From contig BDGG01000001.1 of assembly GCA_001949185.1 (NCBI GenBank), positions 8,564,721 to 8,628,720 of the forward strand: a stretch of DNA of 64,000 bases, given 5' to 3'. The notes below the pieces were generated by a model that ran no database searches, was not told where the DNA came from, and saw only the letters and a program-made list of their open reading frames with translations. This document shows positions 1-13,105 of the stretch, one piece after another (within the stretch, counting starts at the first letter, position 1; each line of letters starts with the position of its first letter). Origin of the DNA: Ramazzottius varieornatus (taxonomy: Eukaryota > Animalia > Tardigrada). Both the position numbers and the translations under genes were made by a program.

Positions 1-2
1 TA

Positions 3-788
3 GGCTTCCTGCACACTAAACAAATTTCCTACTCCACTGCGAAGGTTTACCTGAGTGGAATCAACAACAACTTCGTCGAACAAGGTCAAGAAAGTTTTCT
101 CAAACACCCCGACATTGCGCGGTCCTTACAAGGCTTCAAACGCCTGCACCCCACGCCGAAAGATAGGAGGCTCCCAATCACTCTTACGACGCTACGTCAC
201 ATGAAGCAACGTCTGACGTCAGAACCGTTAATTTCGCCGCTTGACAAAGCCCTATTCTGGTCTGCCTGCACCTTAGCCTACTCTGGCTACCTGCGCGCCA
301 GCGAGTTCACGGCAAGGAGGGGTCCTGCGTCCCACACACTACAATTTAGGGACGTAAAAGTCAAACAACAGTCGATCTCACTACTACTCCGAACGTCGAA
401 AACTGATCAGTACGCAAAAGGAAACAAGATACGAATTCCCGCCACCGGTCGCTCCGTGTGTCCAGTAGCGGCGATCCGAGAGTACCTGCAACTACGCCCT
501 GATACCGAGACACAGGACGGACCCTTCTTCGTCCGACTCCGGAGTGCGCCACTGACGCGCAGTTTCTTCGCCTCGACTTTGAAGAGCTGCCTAAGCGGAT
601 TTCCGAACGCGAGTCGCTATTCCACGCACAGTTTCCGCATCGGCGCCGCGACAGAAGCCTCTCGACAAGGACTGAACCCCGATGAGATTCGGCAAGCCGG
701 TCGCTGGAAAAGCACATGCTACGCCGGATACATACGGAAGAAGAGCCACGCGACTGGACTAAATATCTACTCTAACCTCTTAAATTAA
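3..788 (+). CDS. Tyrosine recombinase of a DIRS/Ngaro-type retrotransposon (5'-partial; ORF open from the window start)
   Basis: Frame is open from nt 3 (GFLHTKQISYSTAKVYLSGI...DRRLPIT) into ORF 201-788. Catalytic motifs YLRASEF (R), RTSKTD (K), HSFRIGAAT (HxxR), GRWKS and YIR (Y) are typical of YR-retrotransposon recombinases. Confidence 0.88.
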   Translation, partial: GFLHTKQISYSTAKVYLSGINNNFVEQGQESFLKHPDIARSLQGFKRLHPTPKDRRLPITLTTLRHMKQRLTSEPLISPLDKALFWSACTLAYSGYLRASEFTARRGPASHTLQFRDVKVKQQSISLLLRTSKTDQYAKGNKIRIPATGRSVCPVAAIREYLQLRPDTETQDGPFFVRLRSAPLTRSFFASTLKSCLSGFPNASRYSTHSFRIGAATEASRQGLNPDEIRQAGRWKSTCYAGYIRKKSHATGLNIYSNLLN

Positions 789-2152
789 ATGCTTGCTTGG
801 GGCCTCTGAGCTTGCTAACGGGACCGGCGCAGCTCAGAGTTTCTCCACCAACTTTACGACAGCTGCGTCGACGACGCCCATCGATGCGATCAGATGGCCC
901 CACAGGCCAAACTTTGCCTCGTGTTCGTTTTGCTTCCATCATGTTAGAACATTAATGTAGGTGTTAACGGAGTCAGCGCAACACCCTACGAGAAGCTGTC
1001 GATCTCTCAAGTCAGGTTGAGCGTTGCCTGACACGCTCTGGCTACAATCCCTGAAAGGAGAGATGGAGAGGAAGAGGTACAAGAAGAGACAGACGACTTT
1101 CCAGAACCATCCGGCAAGAAGGCCGCTAACACCTCAAAGGTGAAGAAAAGGAAAGGGAGGCACAGGAAGCCACAGGAAGAGACACACGACTCACCGGAGT
1201 CCACCCAAACGATGAACGACTGTCATCAACTAAGGCGCATCCGGCAAGAAGATCCCTAACGCCTCATAGATTACCCAAATGCTTCGGAACCTGGATCTGA
1301 GCCTAACATAAGCGACTGCAACACTGATAGGGAAGGATCAACATTACGGGGAGTTGTCTCAGTCCGTATGAACACGGAAGTCTCGCGAAAACAACCGGCT
1401 CTAAACCGCGAAGGAAAGCAACTGAAGTCGGGAAGGCTGTCAGCATCAGGCCTTGCACGCGAGATCAGCTGTGAGGCTTGATCTCACTGCAAGGCACAAT
1501 TCCGTACGAGCTGGAACACGTACGCCACTCTGGAACCCGACAGATGGCATGAGAGTGCAACCGGAAGCTGCGGGAAGCAGCAGTTCGGTAGCAAAGGGAC
1601 TAATTTTAATTTTGAACCAAAAAGTTGCAACTTGATCGGATCGGTAGCTGCATGTAGTGGGGAGCTCTTCCACACAAATTTAAACACGAAAAGAAAAAAT
1701 GTCTCGTTGAGCTACATAGAAAAGGAGCAGCGCTATCACTCTTAGAGACAAAGTTACCAAAAGAATGCACAACTGAATTTTCAGTCGGATTCGAAAAATG
1801 CGTTGCAAATAGTTGGCGGGACCGCAACGTATATATTTACCGTGCATGCATCGAGTCAATGCGCTCAATTAAACTGGCACCAGTGTTGCTCCGATTATAC
1901 TAATTGAGAATTGATTTCGTTAATCGAAATGATTTTCATTATGATGGACGGTATGTACTTGATTGATTGAAGAGTTGCTGTATATTGAAATTGAAACGAT
2001 TTGAGTTACGATGATCGTAATTAAAATCCGTTTTGGAACTCCAGTTGTACGACATGCACCCATATATTCAACACTGACACGTGATTTCAATAATTTTACC
2101 TGCACAATCGACACAACAGTGCTTGGCTTGCTCTCCTTTCTGTGCTTTTGCG

Positions 2153-2709
2153 CAGGGTGTAGATTCCTTATTCCTTTCCTTTGTGAATTCCGTTCCATTC
2201 CTGGAATTTCTCTCATTCCTAGACGAGGCGATTCGGAACGGCGAAATTCCGTCTTGGAAAACTAGGTAATTGAGGGAAAATCAGGGGATTTCAGGCTATG
2301 GAAGAGCGAAAATAGCTTGGTTTAGAGCCCCACAGTCGCCTGACATGCCTTTGAACAGGCAAACAGTAGCGCTCGATTAGGCAGTCGATCCAACGAGCGT
2401 AAGCATGCTACTCAAATGCGTAGAATGTATGCAGGTGCGTGAATTTACTTGCGCATCTTAAAACGCCGGCATGGTAAACTGGTCGGTTTTTGCTGGCCAT
2501 TTGCGTGTAACAACTGTTTGTGTCAAATCTATACATTTTCGGATGTTAACAGGAGAATTTTTCAAAAAAAACTGACTGATCAAAATTATTTTGGAATTCC
2601 AAGTTCATCCGAGGACGTTTTGGAAACGGGAAATAAGAAAATAGGAGTACCAGGAATTCCTTTTCTGTTTCCCATTCCAAGGGCTTTTGGCCAGGAATCC
2701 ACACCCCTA
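2153..2709. mobile_element. Non-autonomous hAT-type MITE
   Basis: Imperfect TIRs CAGGGTGTAGATTCCT / AGGAATCCACACCCCTA; 8-bp TSD CTTTTGCG (2145-2152) vs TTTTTGCG (2710-2717); many subterminal GGAAT/ATTCC motifs. Confidence 0.7.
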
Positions 2710-3645
2710 TTTTTGCGCCACGTATGAATGCGCCAAGGACGCGCTGAGGTTTGAACGACGGTGGGGTCAAATGGCCCAGGGGCCAACCATTCAACTGTTG
2801 ACGATTTCTCTCTAAAATTATGTAATTAAGAGGGTGACAAAGTTTACGTTTCAGATGACCGAGATTTGTTGTTGGCCATTTCGCTCTCGGAATAATCTCA
2901 GCTGATATGATCTCGAGCTACAGTGTGGTGTACGCACGGTCGTTTTGTATGTCAAGCATGGCGACGTCGCCGGATAAATTTTCATTTGGCGTGCTGTTTT
3001 CTGTCATGATAATTTGTTTGGTAAAAGTCTGCAAGTTTTCGCTGAGTTACGTCTGAGGGACGCCGCTACATTTTCTCGCTTCAGCCAAGCAGTCTCGCCA
3101 TTCAAGCGAGTACATGGACGAAAGCAAAACGAACAGTTACTGATTAGGAGGCCCCGAGTTTGATCGTTCATGGTTGACAGTCTTTTCCACATTCTCGAGC
3201 AATAAAAGATCAAAACCCGATTTGTGAAGACATCTGCCATGTACATGTTTGAATCGCGAAAGCTTATCAGAATATGATTGCTGAGAAACGTATGGGTGGA
3301 AAAGCGATCTTCTGGTCCTTCCAGCCCACGGGATGATGCCTTCATGAACGTGATTAAGGTAGAAGGAACATTCAGTCTCCAGTTTAGTCTGCAGTACTTT
3401 GTTAACGGGGATATCGATTGGTTAGTAATCATAGTCATTTTTGTTAACCAGTCGCAAGTACTTTTTTTAACAGCACTAGAATGGAAAATAAAGGTAATTT
3501 TGTATTGTCCGCAAAATAATTCAAGACCGTAGATACGCCAGCACTATATATCGCCCAGCTCAACAGTTCTCAACAGTAACAGAGTTTATCCCTATTGTCC
3601 AAAGGCAGCCGCAAGCTCCTTTTCTGACGTCATCTTTTTGCTGTA

Positions 3646-4174
3646 CAGTCCAGTCGCTCGAGATGTGTACATCGCTCTTCGATTTCAAAACTGTAAAATC
3701 ACAGTGAGCACAGGACTGCTCGCCATGGCCCTTATTGATTGTTTGTTCATTCACGCAACAAAGGCAGCCTGTTGCATTTACTTTTCGCTCTTCTTCTCAA
3801 ATTTCCGAACTTTCTCTTCCTTACCGCGTCGCGTGTTTCCCAGACAAGCAGTGAAAAGTTGAGAATACGTATGTAGACTGAAGCTTTGATCGACAGAAAG
3901 GAAATTTGATGGAGTATATCTCAAGGATAAGCAGTAAACGACGAGAGGCACTTCCGGCATGGTCAGAAGTTGATAGTTCGACTATACGAAACTGCTTCCG
4001 CAAAGCTGGTGCGTTCCATATGGGAGAAAACATGTAGCTGATCTTTGCTCAACTTTATTGGCCGTAGCCTCTTGAGGTCACTTTCTTTTGTTTTTTGCAA
4101 GCTATACGGTAAATGTTTGGCTGGTGGCAAGTTAAAATCGAAGAGCGATGTAGACATCTCGAGCGACTGGACTG
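3646..4174. mobile_element. Tc1/mariner-pogo-type MITE
   Basis: ~40-bp near-perfect TIRs CAGTCCAGTCGCTCGAGATGT(G/C)TACATCGCTCTTCGATTT, flanked by TA on both sides. Confidence 0.85.
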
Positions 4175-5459
4175 TATTTACTTCGGCAATCTTCTTACAC
4201 GCACGAAGGGAAAATTTGGAACAGTAGAACGCTTGAAGCAAGCGAGAAACGCTTGAAACAAGCGGGAAAGACGGAGAATAGAGAACTCAACCGTAGAGAA
4301 TTGCCAGAAAGTGCACCGGTATGAGTTTTAAGCGTTCGTATGAACTTCCATCCCGCTGTTTCGGAATACCGTTATATTCGTCATCCAATCATCAAAATAT
4401 AAGAGTTTCGGCAGTCGGGCACAGACTGCTGTCTTTTCGTGGCTTTGTCAAGCTAGGCGAAAACTTTCGCGGAGAAAGCCGGAAACAGCCCGCAATGTCA
4501 TACTTCTGTACGCGACCTCTCATAAGCTTCAGGAGTGCTGCTGCTACGGACGGTCTCTCGCCTTTAGGAATCCTTTCGCGGTTCCGGGTAAAGTGGAAGA
4601 TTCATCGGAGATTTTGGTGGAAGGGAACGTCGGCTTCGGGATCAGCAGTTAGTTGGCTCTGCTGTGTCGCCAGCCTTGCTGCGCTCTCTCCGCATACTTT
4701 TGTGGTCTTTAAGTTCATCAACTTTGCTTCGCTCATCAACACGTCCCGCACAGGTCATACGGCTGATCGGTGGTAGCCGCCATAAAACTGTAAAATGAAC
4801 ATACCTGGTAGAAGAAGGAAAGCGACTGAGAGTGATTTCAGAGTCCACTTAGAGGAAAACCTGCAGCGAGACTCTCTGCAAGGTATATGAGGCATTTACA
4901 GTTTCCCCTGTTTCTACCACAGACTTGGTGAGCAACTGATCTGGAGCTTTGGCTTTTCGGGGCGGAAATTCGTTAACGCCGAGAAGTGAGCTGTCAACGG
5001 ATTTGATTGGCAGATGCAGCGTTCCCTGTCAACCAATGTTCGAAGCTGCTGTTGGTTGACGCTTGATTCTTTGACTGGATAGAGTAATCGTGTTGATTGG
5101 CTCAACAACCTGTAAAACGCCAAGAAATTTTATAAAAAAGACGATATTTTGTACTCAAAAAGTGTGGAGCAAAGCGGTAATAAAAAACAAATAACTATTC
5201 ATGGACAGACTTCCCCTTCTTCACATCCAAGACGTAAAGCAACTCATGAAGACCCTTGGTATCTTTCGCGGTGGAGAGTACAGAATGAGACTTTCCACGG
5301 TGAAGATCCATTGACACTCTCTGCTTAAAGAAAGAAAAGGATCTAGATTCGCCCGATACTTCTGTCATCTTTCTTCCGATCGCTTTAAACAGCTCCGTCG
5401 CACAAGGTCCCCACGGTCCAAGGGTCTCCAGACCAACAGGGCAAAACCGAAACTGGCTT

Positions 5460-7175
5460 CCGATGTCCTACTTGGTGATCCTTCTTCTTTCGGCAGCATC
5501 AGCAGCTGATCCGGCTTTGGCCATGGACATGGCAAAGTTGGTGAGCGCCAGGGTATTGACCATCGTGACGTCCCGCACCAACTCTTCACCATTCTTCCAA
5601 GGAACTTGCGTCATACCGTCTGGGCGCCTCTTATCCTTCTTGAAGATCCCTGGAGGCTCAAGGATGGCTGGACTGTGGGCTGATGTTAGAGCACGCTTGA
5701 ATGACTCGCTAAACTTGCAGCTCAACCCGTGCTGGCCATACTCGTCCACGTTGGCACCACATCGACATGTATGAGGGCGACACAGCTTGGCACCCAGGCG
5801 CAAACCAACGCTGATCCGGAGGACATTGTTGTCGAGCAGATTACTCAGAGGAGGAAGGAAGCGCGTGGAGCCAGAAACCTGCATTCTTGTCTGAAACGGC
5901 AAGTAGAATCACTTTATCGTTATCCGGAACGGTACTTACGAGGTTCTCGCGGATATTTTTAAAAAGGGGCGTATCCCAGACTTTCTGTTGGCGGCGTAGA
6001 TCTGGAAGAAGGGGTTCACCTGTGGTCAGGAGACTCCACTTGGCGACGGCGAGGTTGGCTTCACTGTCCATATCGGCTTCGGGAAGGATGTCGAGCACCA
6101 GTTGGTGTACGGAATGGATCGATGCCAAGAAGGCATTCTGTCTTCTGTACGACGGATGCCTAATCCACCTAGACCGACCGGAAGTATTGACCGGAAGTCA
6201 TCTCAACGATCGCAATCTCCGCCAAACTTGTGCGAACCACCTCGTCGAAATCTGTCAATACCCTCGTGACCTTCCAGACGGGAGAGCACCGAAGGATGTA
6301 GAGGAGCTTGGGCAGACAAAGAAAGAGGGCAGGGCGGGCAAAAAACAAGTTTAGTTTGCCTGGACTAACTTGATCTTACTTGGCTCGGACGGCATCCTCC
6401 AGACCCTGTTCCATCGATGGAGCCCCCAGCAGACTCAGGTCATTCCTGCAGGGGAAAACGATACCTGGACAAGCGGTTGCCGCTCTTCTTGGCTCGCTTG
6501 GCGTTCTTGAAGTGAACCACCGAACGCGGAGAGCTCACAAGTGGATGGGTCAAACTCCAGTCCCACTTTCCTCCCTTCTTCCACCACCACCAGCAAATCA
6601 GACAAGACACGACCGATCTCACCACCGATCGTACCATCGTCAAGATACCACAGATTCAGTGGGGACTTTAGAGTCTTAGTGATGCTCTCGATTACGAGGC
6701 AAAATAGAAGAGGCCCCAAAGGATCTCCCTGTTGCACGTCCCTTGCGGACTCCATAATGTGCTGACCAAACAGAAGCTTTGAATTATGCCTGTAGGTCTG
6801 CCAGACAAAAGCGTGGTAGGCTGGCAAGACTTCTCTGACAACACGGAGCAGACCGTCGCGGTGTATCGTGTTGGTGGCGTTCCGGAAGTCAAGCTTTAGT
6901 AGTACTCGGCTTTCGTTTTTGCCTTCTTCTAGGAAACTACGGACTGGGTGGACTGCTGCTTCAGCTCCCCCTCGTGTACCACACCCAACGTGCTCCGGAT
7001 GCACTCTTCCTTCCATCTCGCGTCCCACTCTTCTGGCAACGATCCTGCCCGTCAGACGTCGAAGGGTGTTTCCAACTGTTATGGGTCGTAAGCCGCCATC
7101 TTTTTTCTCCAGTGCCGTAAGTGATGCCCCATAAAGCACGTCACAAACAGCGTCCGGAACTTTCCTTTGGAGCAT
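5460..7175 (-). pseudogene. CRE-clade non-LTR retrotransposon fragment (RT + CCHC zinc knuckle + restriction-like endonuclease), frameshifted
   Basis: RT motifs GGLRPITVGNTLRRL, GTRGGAEAAVH, LKLDFRNA, QQGDPLGPLLF, WYLDDGTIGG. Downstream CRPHTCRCGANVDEYGQHGLSC and RPDGMTQVPWKNG..DVT (RLE). Split over several frames. Confidence 0.88.
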
Positions 7176-7244
7176 GTGCGATGTGATATCTCTTTAAATT
7201 TTCTCAATTCTGAGTACGGACCTGGAGAGTTGTGTTCTCATCTA

Positions 7245-7378
7245 AAGGGGGAAGGGGAAGGGGAAGGGGAAGGGGAAGGGGAAGGGGAAGGGGAAGGGGA
7301 AGGGGAAGGGGAAGGGGAAGGGGGAAGGGGGAAGGGGGAAGGGGGAAGGGGAAGGGGGAAGGGGAAGGGGGAAGGGGG
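7245..7378. repeat. (GGGGAA)n / (GGGGGAA)n G-rich microsatellite
   Basis: Directly visible tandem array; hexamers grade into heptamers. Confidence 0.95.
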
Positions 7379-8519
7379 TTCCGTGGTGAGAAGAGCCTGA
7401 TCCTTCATCCTCCGTATTTCTTTTCTCTTTTGTTGTTATCGCATTCGCTCAGCCTTGTCAGTGGTCAGGACCACTAGCTAGTAACAAGGAACCTTTCGTG
7501 AAGGCGTTAATTGACCAGCAACCACGTCTGCCAACGAAGCTGCGTCGAGACGGTATGACATCAGAAAGTCGCGCATCAGCAGAGTCCATCCCTTCACGAT
7601 ACCGAGTATCGTGTTCGTGATGAGTTTTGAAGTCTTTGGTCACATAAAGCGATATCCGATACGCGAGAGGAATGGGAAGCGCACTTCTCTAATCCGAATC
7701 TCGAGGTGCAAATCGGCTTTGCAAAATCAGTCGGAGGGAGCAAACAGTAAAGGGTACGGACGAGGTCTTCTCAGCGATGAGCTGTAAAACGCCACCGACT
7801 TTGGGAAAACGACAAATCTTTCTAGATTCTTTGATAATGCCCTTCTCTCGAGCGGAAGGCGCAGCATTAGCGCTATCGGGCGAGCCGTCACGGCATTCAC
7901 CGTGTTGTGTAACTTGGCAGAGTTGAAGAAGAAGCTGGCTCTCGACAACCATGATGAACTACTTGTGGTTGAGGTCTCGGTTGGAATGGGGTAATATCGG
8001 ACCACGCGGAGGAGAGAACTGGCGACCCCTCGGGAAACAGACACGGTGTGGCGGAGACAGTGCTGAATTGCAAAAAGACGGGGAGGTGACGATACTGCGA
8101 CGGAAGGTCTGCAATAACACGCCGTCCAGATAACCGGAGGGTTCTGCGCAATCACGAGTTTTTCCGCGAGAGAAAAAGGATGCTACACGAACAAGACAAG
8201 ATAGCAAGACACGAAACGACAGGAACACGAAACTCAAAAAATTTTTCAGTAAGGCCCTCTTCATACGATCTGAATCAGTTACGTTATTTACGAAAAAATG
8301 AATCATTGATTGTAACAACTCTGGTTTGATGAATTGTCCCTGATATTTTGATTTCAGAACAGAAGCATCGACCAGTGAGAGAGGATTTACGATACAAAAC
8401 CTGGTTCGCCAGTATACATTATCGAAAGAAAGCTATCAAACAGCTGACATGTGATATTCGTAGCTCACACGGATGGGATTTTACCGTTTTCCGACTAATT
8501 ATGTTCACCGTTTTCTGAT

Positions 8520-8990
8520 GTGGGATCAACCGTTGATCGAGAAAGTCTACCAGGAGTTCCTGGAGTCCTGTTTCCGCGAAGAAAAGGCTGGGTTTCTGGC
8601 TGTCTCGTCCAAAGAGTCAGGTGCGTGGTTGACATGCTTTTCCTGCACCTTATTCAGGTGACCTTCTCGACGATGCCTCGCTACGGATCTCCGTTGGTGT
8701 GAGAATGGGAGCGCCGATATGCGAACAATATCCGTGTAGGTGTTCGGCTACAGTTGACGTCTAAGGACGGCTAGGCCTCAAGCGTAAGTATAGCACCGGC
8801 GGCCATAGCCGACAAGATTTCCTCAACGAGTTTCTCCGGCGTGCTCTCGTGTCCTGCCAAGCCCACGCGGTCCTGAAGCCTCACTGTGTTCTTTGTGATG
8901 ACAGCAAGAAGCATCCAGATGGTATGACTTTGGCACCATGGAGAGAAGGTAAGGCTTTGGCGTGGGATGTGACCTGTGTGGACACCCTAC
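8520..8990 (+). pseudogene. Second CRE-clade fragment (zinc knuckle/RLE region)
   Basis: WDQPLIEK...AVSSKESGAWL, LRISVGVRMGAPIC..PCRC, HPDGMTLAPWREGKALAWDVTCVDTL; homologous to 5460-6130, opposite strand. Confidence 0.82.
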
Positions 8991-9705
8991 TTTTCTTCTT
9001 CGATCACCTTGCTCCTGCGCTGCTGAAGATCTAGCCGTTAAGATTTTTCGATTTTTCGATTTTTCGCTTCTGTTCTGCGCAGAGACGCTCGTAAGCTGTG
9101 TAGCAAAGTTTTACCGCTCGTTTGTTTTCGCGTGTACCTGTTAAGACCTCCGTCTTCACCTCCGAGTTCGTCGCCTTCCACTCAGCATTTTTTATGCTCC
9201 ATATTTCAACCGATGGTTCTCCGACGGCCTTCAGTTCCACCGTTGATTTTCTCTTGAAATAGTGAACCAGCGTTTGCCCGTCCGTAGCTTCAGGCCACCC
9301 TCACCCCACCGCAATGTTCTCCAGTTTTTCTTCTTCAGCAGTCTTGGTATTTTATTCGGCAGCGATGATAGAACAATCTTCTCCGGGCTTCTCCCTACAT
9401 TTGGTCACACCCGATTCGGTCTGTGATCTGACAAACGTAAGTTTCTTTGGTCATTACCGTCGTCATTGAAACTTCGCACAGTATCAGCCACTTTAGGCTC
9501 TAACTGAACAAAAGCGAAAAACATTGCTCGCACAAGATTTTGCCTGCGGTTTCGCTTGGTCGAAACAACATAATGCTATCTTTCTAATTTGCGGCGTTGT
9601 CACAAAACATTTCGACAGGACAACCATACATCGGCCTTTTCATCACAGAAATCTGGCGCCACCAAAGTAAGTATAAGCTGCACATGAACGCGAAGTAACG
9701 ATCTC

Positions 9706-11130
9706 GTGCCATTCTTTTCTCAAAGAAAGCCAAAGGGACCTACTGTTCGTAACCGGAAGAGTATTGGAGTCGTGAGATGGCTGGATTGTAAATACACAAT
9801 ACTTGAACCGTCCACCTCGTTTAGGAACAAACGATACAGCTACTCGGATCAGCGGTACAGTCCGGTCGCCCTAAATCCGTACGAGGAGCGAGGCCTTACT
9901 TCGTCCACGAGCATACTTTGTACAGTCAAGTTCTGCAGGCGGCGATGTTATTGTAACAAGATTAAGATTTTATTGCGAAACCTTGAATTACCCATTAAAT
10001 CCACCACCCGAAAGACTAACTGTGTGGAAATGAAAGATTTTGTTGGGAGGTGTGGTCAGAAAGAAGTCTACGCGCATAACTGCGGAGATCAGGGCAAGCT
10101 GAGGGGATGTCCTCATCTCAGTATTACGGACGGAGTATGGAAGTCTGAGCATCGGTATTGCGCGATGGAACTAGACGTAGGGGAATTGAACTTCGATTGA
10201 ATGTTTAAGAACACGCTTCCCAACCGTTTTGCTGTTAGTCGAAAGTTGGAGTGATATTCGTCAAATTACCCCCACTTTGCCAGGACGATCCAATTTACGG
10301 GCAGCGGTTCTGCTCCGACCATATTAAATCAGCAAAGGACATGAACTTGCCTTTGACGAAAAACTCTCCGCTAGACGGGAAAAAAAGAGGATACCCTAGT
10401 AAGAACCGAGACCGTTGATGAGTTTTTCTATGAAGACATGAAATGTTTGCATGTTGAACAAGTTTCGGACTCTTCTTCGCTTATCTCATGCCGAAACAAG
10501 AATGTGGTAGCACTCTGTTCCAAGAAAAGTCTCGATCGGAGGAAAAAAGGATGCTGGTCTCGTGGTTTCTTTGTCTTTGTGTCCGCCTGCAGAAGTATTT
10601 CTTATTTTGCGCCGCTCTACCGCAGTAAATTTATGTCTCACGGTTTCATTTCGACAATGGAGTGGCTGTTCAAGCGGCTGCGGACTCTTCCTGTTTTCGA
10701 ATAGAACAGCCAGTTTTTGTGCTGCGACAACATGTGAGCTGTGTAAGGTTTGACGTGGGGTTCTTCTAATACCGCTAGCGTATTCCGCGGTTGTAACTTT
10801 TGGAACCTAAAAGCTATTGAAGAGTCTCTCGAGGACATCTCTCCAGAGCCTTGTGCTTCGATGTGGACAGAAATTCAGAAAATCATTGACGAGCTCCATC
10901 TCGCGAACTACACGCGTGAATCCTGCAAAGTTAACTACAATCCTGAACGACCTTGTGTAGCACATTCGGAATGTGAAAAAGCTAACACAATGGCTGCTGA
11001 ACAGTCATTTTCGTGGCTTGTGCGCTACAAGAAGCAGATTGGTTCAACGAGTAAAAGAAATCAGTTTTCCTTCATACACCGAATAGTACTGCGGCGGAAC
11101 GAGTATCATGAACAGTGCTTGCTGAAACAG
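9706..11130 (+). pseudogene. Degraded KDZ (Kyakuja-Dileera-Zisupton)/CxC-associated transposase
   Basis: Ordered motifs ITDGVWK..YCAM, WSRGFFVFVSAC..I.YFAPLYRS, CDNM(stop) (YDNMC-like), KIIDELHLAN..C..NYNP, NTMAAEQSFSWL..RRN; stops and frameshifts between blocks. Confidence 0.6.
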
Positions 11131-12819
11131 ACACCCCCTACAATGGTCGGCGCACACGGAGATAGAGCCGATCTTCAATCCTCCTTGGTCTACGCAGTTC
11201 TAACTAGTCATATGTTTCAGTGATTTCTTCGCTCTTGCTATCTACAGTCTTTGCAAAACTGAATAACAGGATGTTAAGTCTATTCATAGAGCTATCCGAA
11301 GTTGGATAAAACAAGAAACGATATCAGAGTGGTCAAAAACGCGCAAAGTCAGGCCTGAGCGCAACCAAAGTACGGCCCAGGCGTTTTTGCATAAACAGTC
11401 GACGGGTCGCACGTGGATGCGATTGTGCTCGTTGAACGAGTGCAGGCACTTTCCATTGAATTTTGCATGCACAGAAGAAACCGCACCCTCCGTTCTGAAA
11501 ATTGCTCGAAAGTGCTCGCGGACTGTCTTTCTGCATAGCAGTACTACTCATACGCCAGGCGTCATAACAACGACGCCTTTTTGTTCAGAGGGGATGCGGT
11601 CTATGCCGCAACAGCGGCGAAGCTGGAAGCCCCGGAGGCCGCTGTTTCCACATTTTCCCCTGTCAACGACAGCCTGCACAGCTCTAACTTGACCATAGGA
11701 GATGTGGGTGTTGCCGAAAGGCTGTCTGGAGATGTCGTCTAGGTCCTAGTTGTTGCTAATAAGAACTTCTTCCTACACAGACCAAGAGCATAGTTCCAGC
11801 GGACCCGAACGTGACAGAGAAAGATGCTTAAGAAGAGTCTGAGTGGGCGAAGAGGGCTGACAAGCACTACGACGCCGGTGACGACGAAAGCGTAAGTCAT
11901 GTTTTGGCACTGAGCGAAGCGCAGATATCCTGAATGTTCAGGTTTAGATAGGTTTGATGTTCTTCACAGTGTACGCAGAAGTTTGGTAGAGCCATTCGTC
12001 ACGCGGACGTGCTCATCAGCTACGCAACTGCCAAAAGATACGATTCCTCCAGACCGGGCGTCCAGGAAACACCTACGGTAGGATAGCTTTTTGTATCCCT
12101 TCAATTCAATAATGAACACAGTAGATGAATCCAGTGTCGCTGCTGTTACGAATAGGCTGCAACCGACTGAAAGATGGCAAAGGATACCCGATGGTTGTTG
12201 ACGTCAGCAAATTAAAATTTACGCGTAATGGCTCCGGTGGTGTTGGGAGTTTTATACCAAACGCTGAACTGATGCCGAGCTGTACTGCAAGCTCTGCACT
12301 CTGAGAAGTGGTGAACTTTCAGCGGAATAGAGCAAATCCTTGCGCAACAATATCGACCATTTCATCTTCAAGGGTGACGTTTACTAGGGCCACTACAGAC
12401 ACAGTCCATCAGTACATCTTCAACGTCGACCGTAGTGTCGTAGTTCAGCACAAAAATCTTGGATCTGGATGCTACTGTTGGCCATTCTGTAGCTACACGT
12501 CTCCTGCTTCTAGCAGTGATCGCTTCCGCAGAAATGTTCATCCTCAAATACCGACTGAAGGCGGAAGAATCATGCCTGCGTGTAGAGCACGATAATGATT
12601 CGCAGTACTCTCTTGAGTAGCAACACTCTGCCTACCGTTCGTTTCAAACCTCATGGTGTCGGATATGGTGGCATGATTTCCCAAACGTGATAGATTACAC
12701 CACTGCAAGCGACATAGAAGTCCAGTCGCTTTTATCTAAAACAACAGTAATTTTTCTGACGAACTGAATGTGTATGTGAAAGGAGCTTTCTACTGTCTCT
12801 GTTGTCCGACCTCCAGCTT

Positions 12820-12860
12820 CACCTCCACCTCCACCTCCACCTCCACCTCCACTCCACCTC
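12820..12860. repeat. (CACCTC)n microsatellite
   Basis: Visible tandem hexamer. Confidence 0.85.
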
Positions 12861-13105
12861 GTCTTGTCAAAAAGGAAGGTGGTCACTACTGCATTCACTG
12901 CCTGCACAGTTCTGCCGTCTCTAGTGGTGCCGGGGCTCAACGCGACGAAGATCGCTGACAAGTCAACAGCAGGAATACCAACGATACATTCTTACCAACG
13001 TGTTGACAAGCCCAGCCGATGGAATATACCCAAAGACAGCAGCTACTGGTACCGCTGATGGCTGCCGGAAAGCCAAGAAAACTGTACGCTAAGTACCGGT
13101 TCAGC

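Noticed and set aside
3-788. Phage or bacterial XerC/D integrase
   Set aside because: HSFRIGAAT/GRWKS motifs, the RLPIT linker and the eukaryotic TE context fit a DIRS/Ngaro recombinase; there is no prokaryotic gene organisation.
7167-7477. GE-repeat or RG-repeat proteins in the ORF track
   Set aside because: Translations of the (GGGGAA)n microsatellite.
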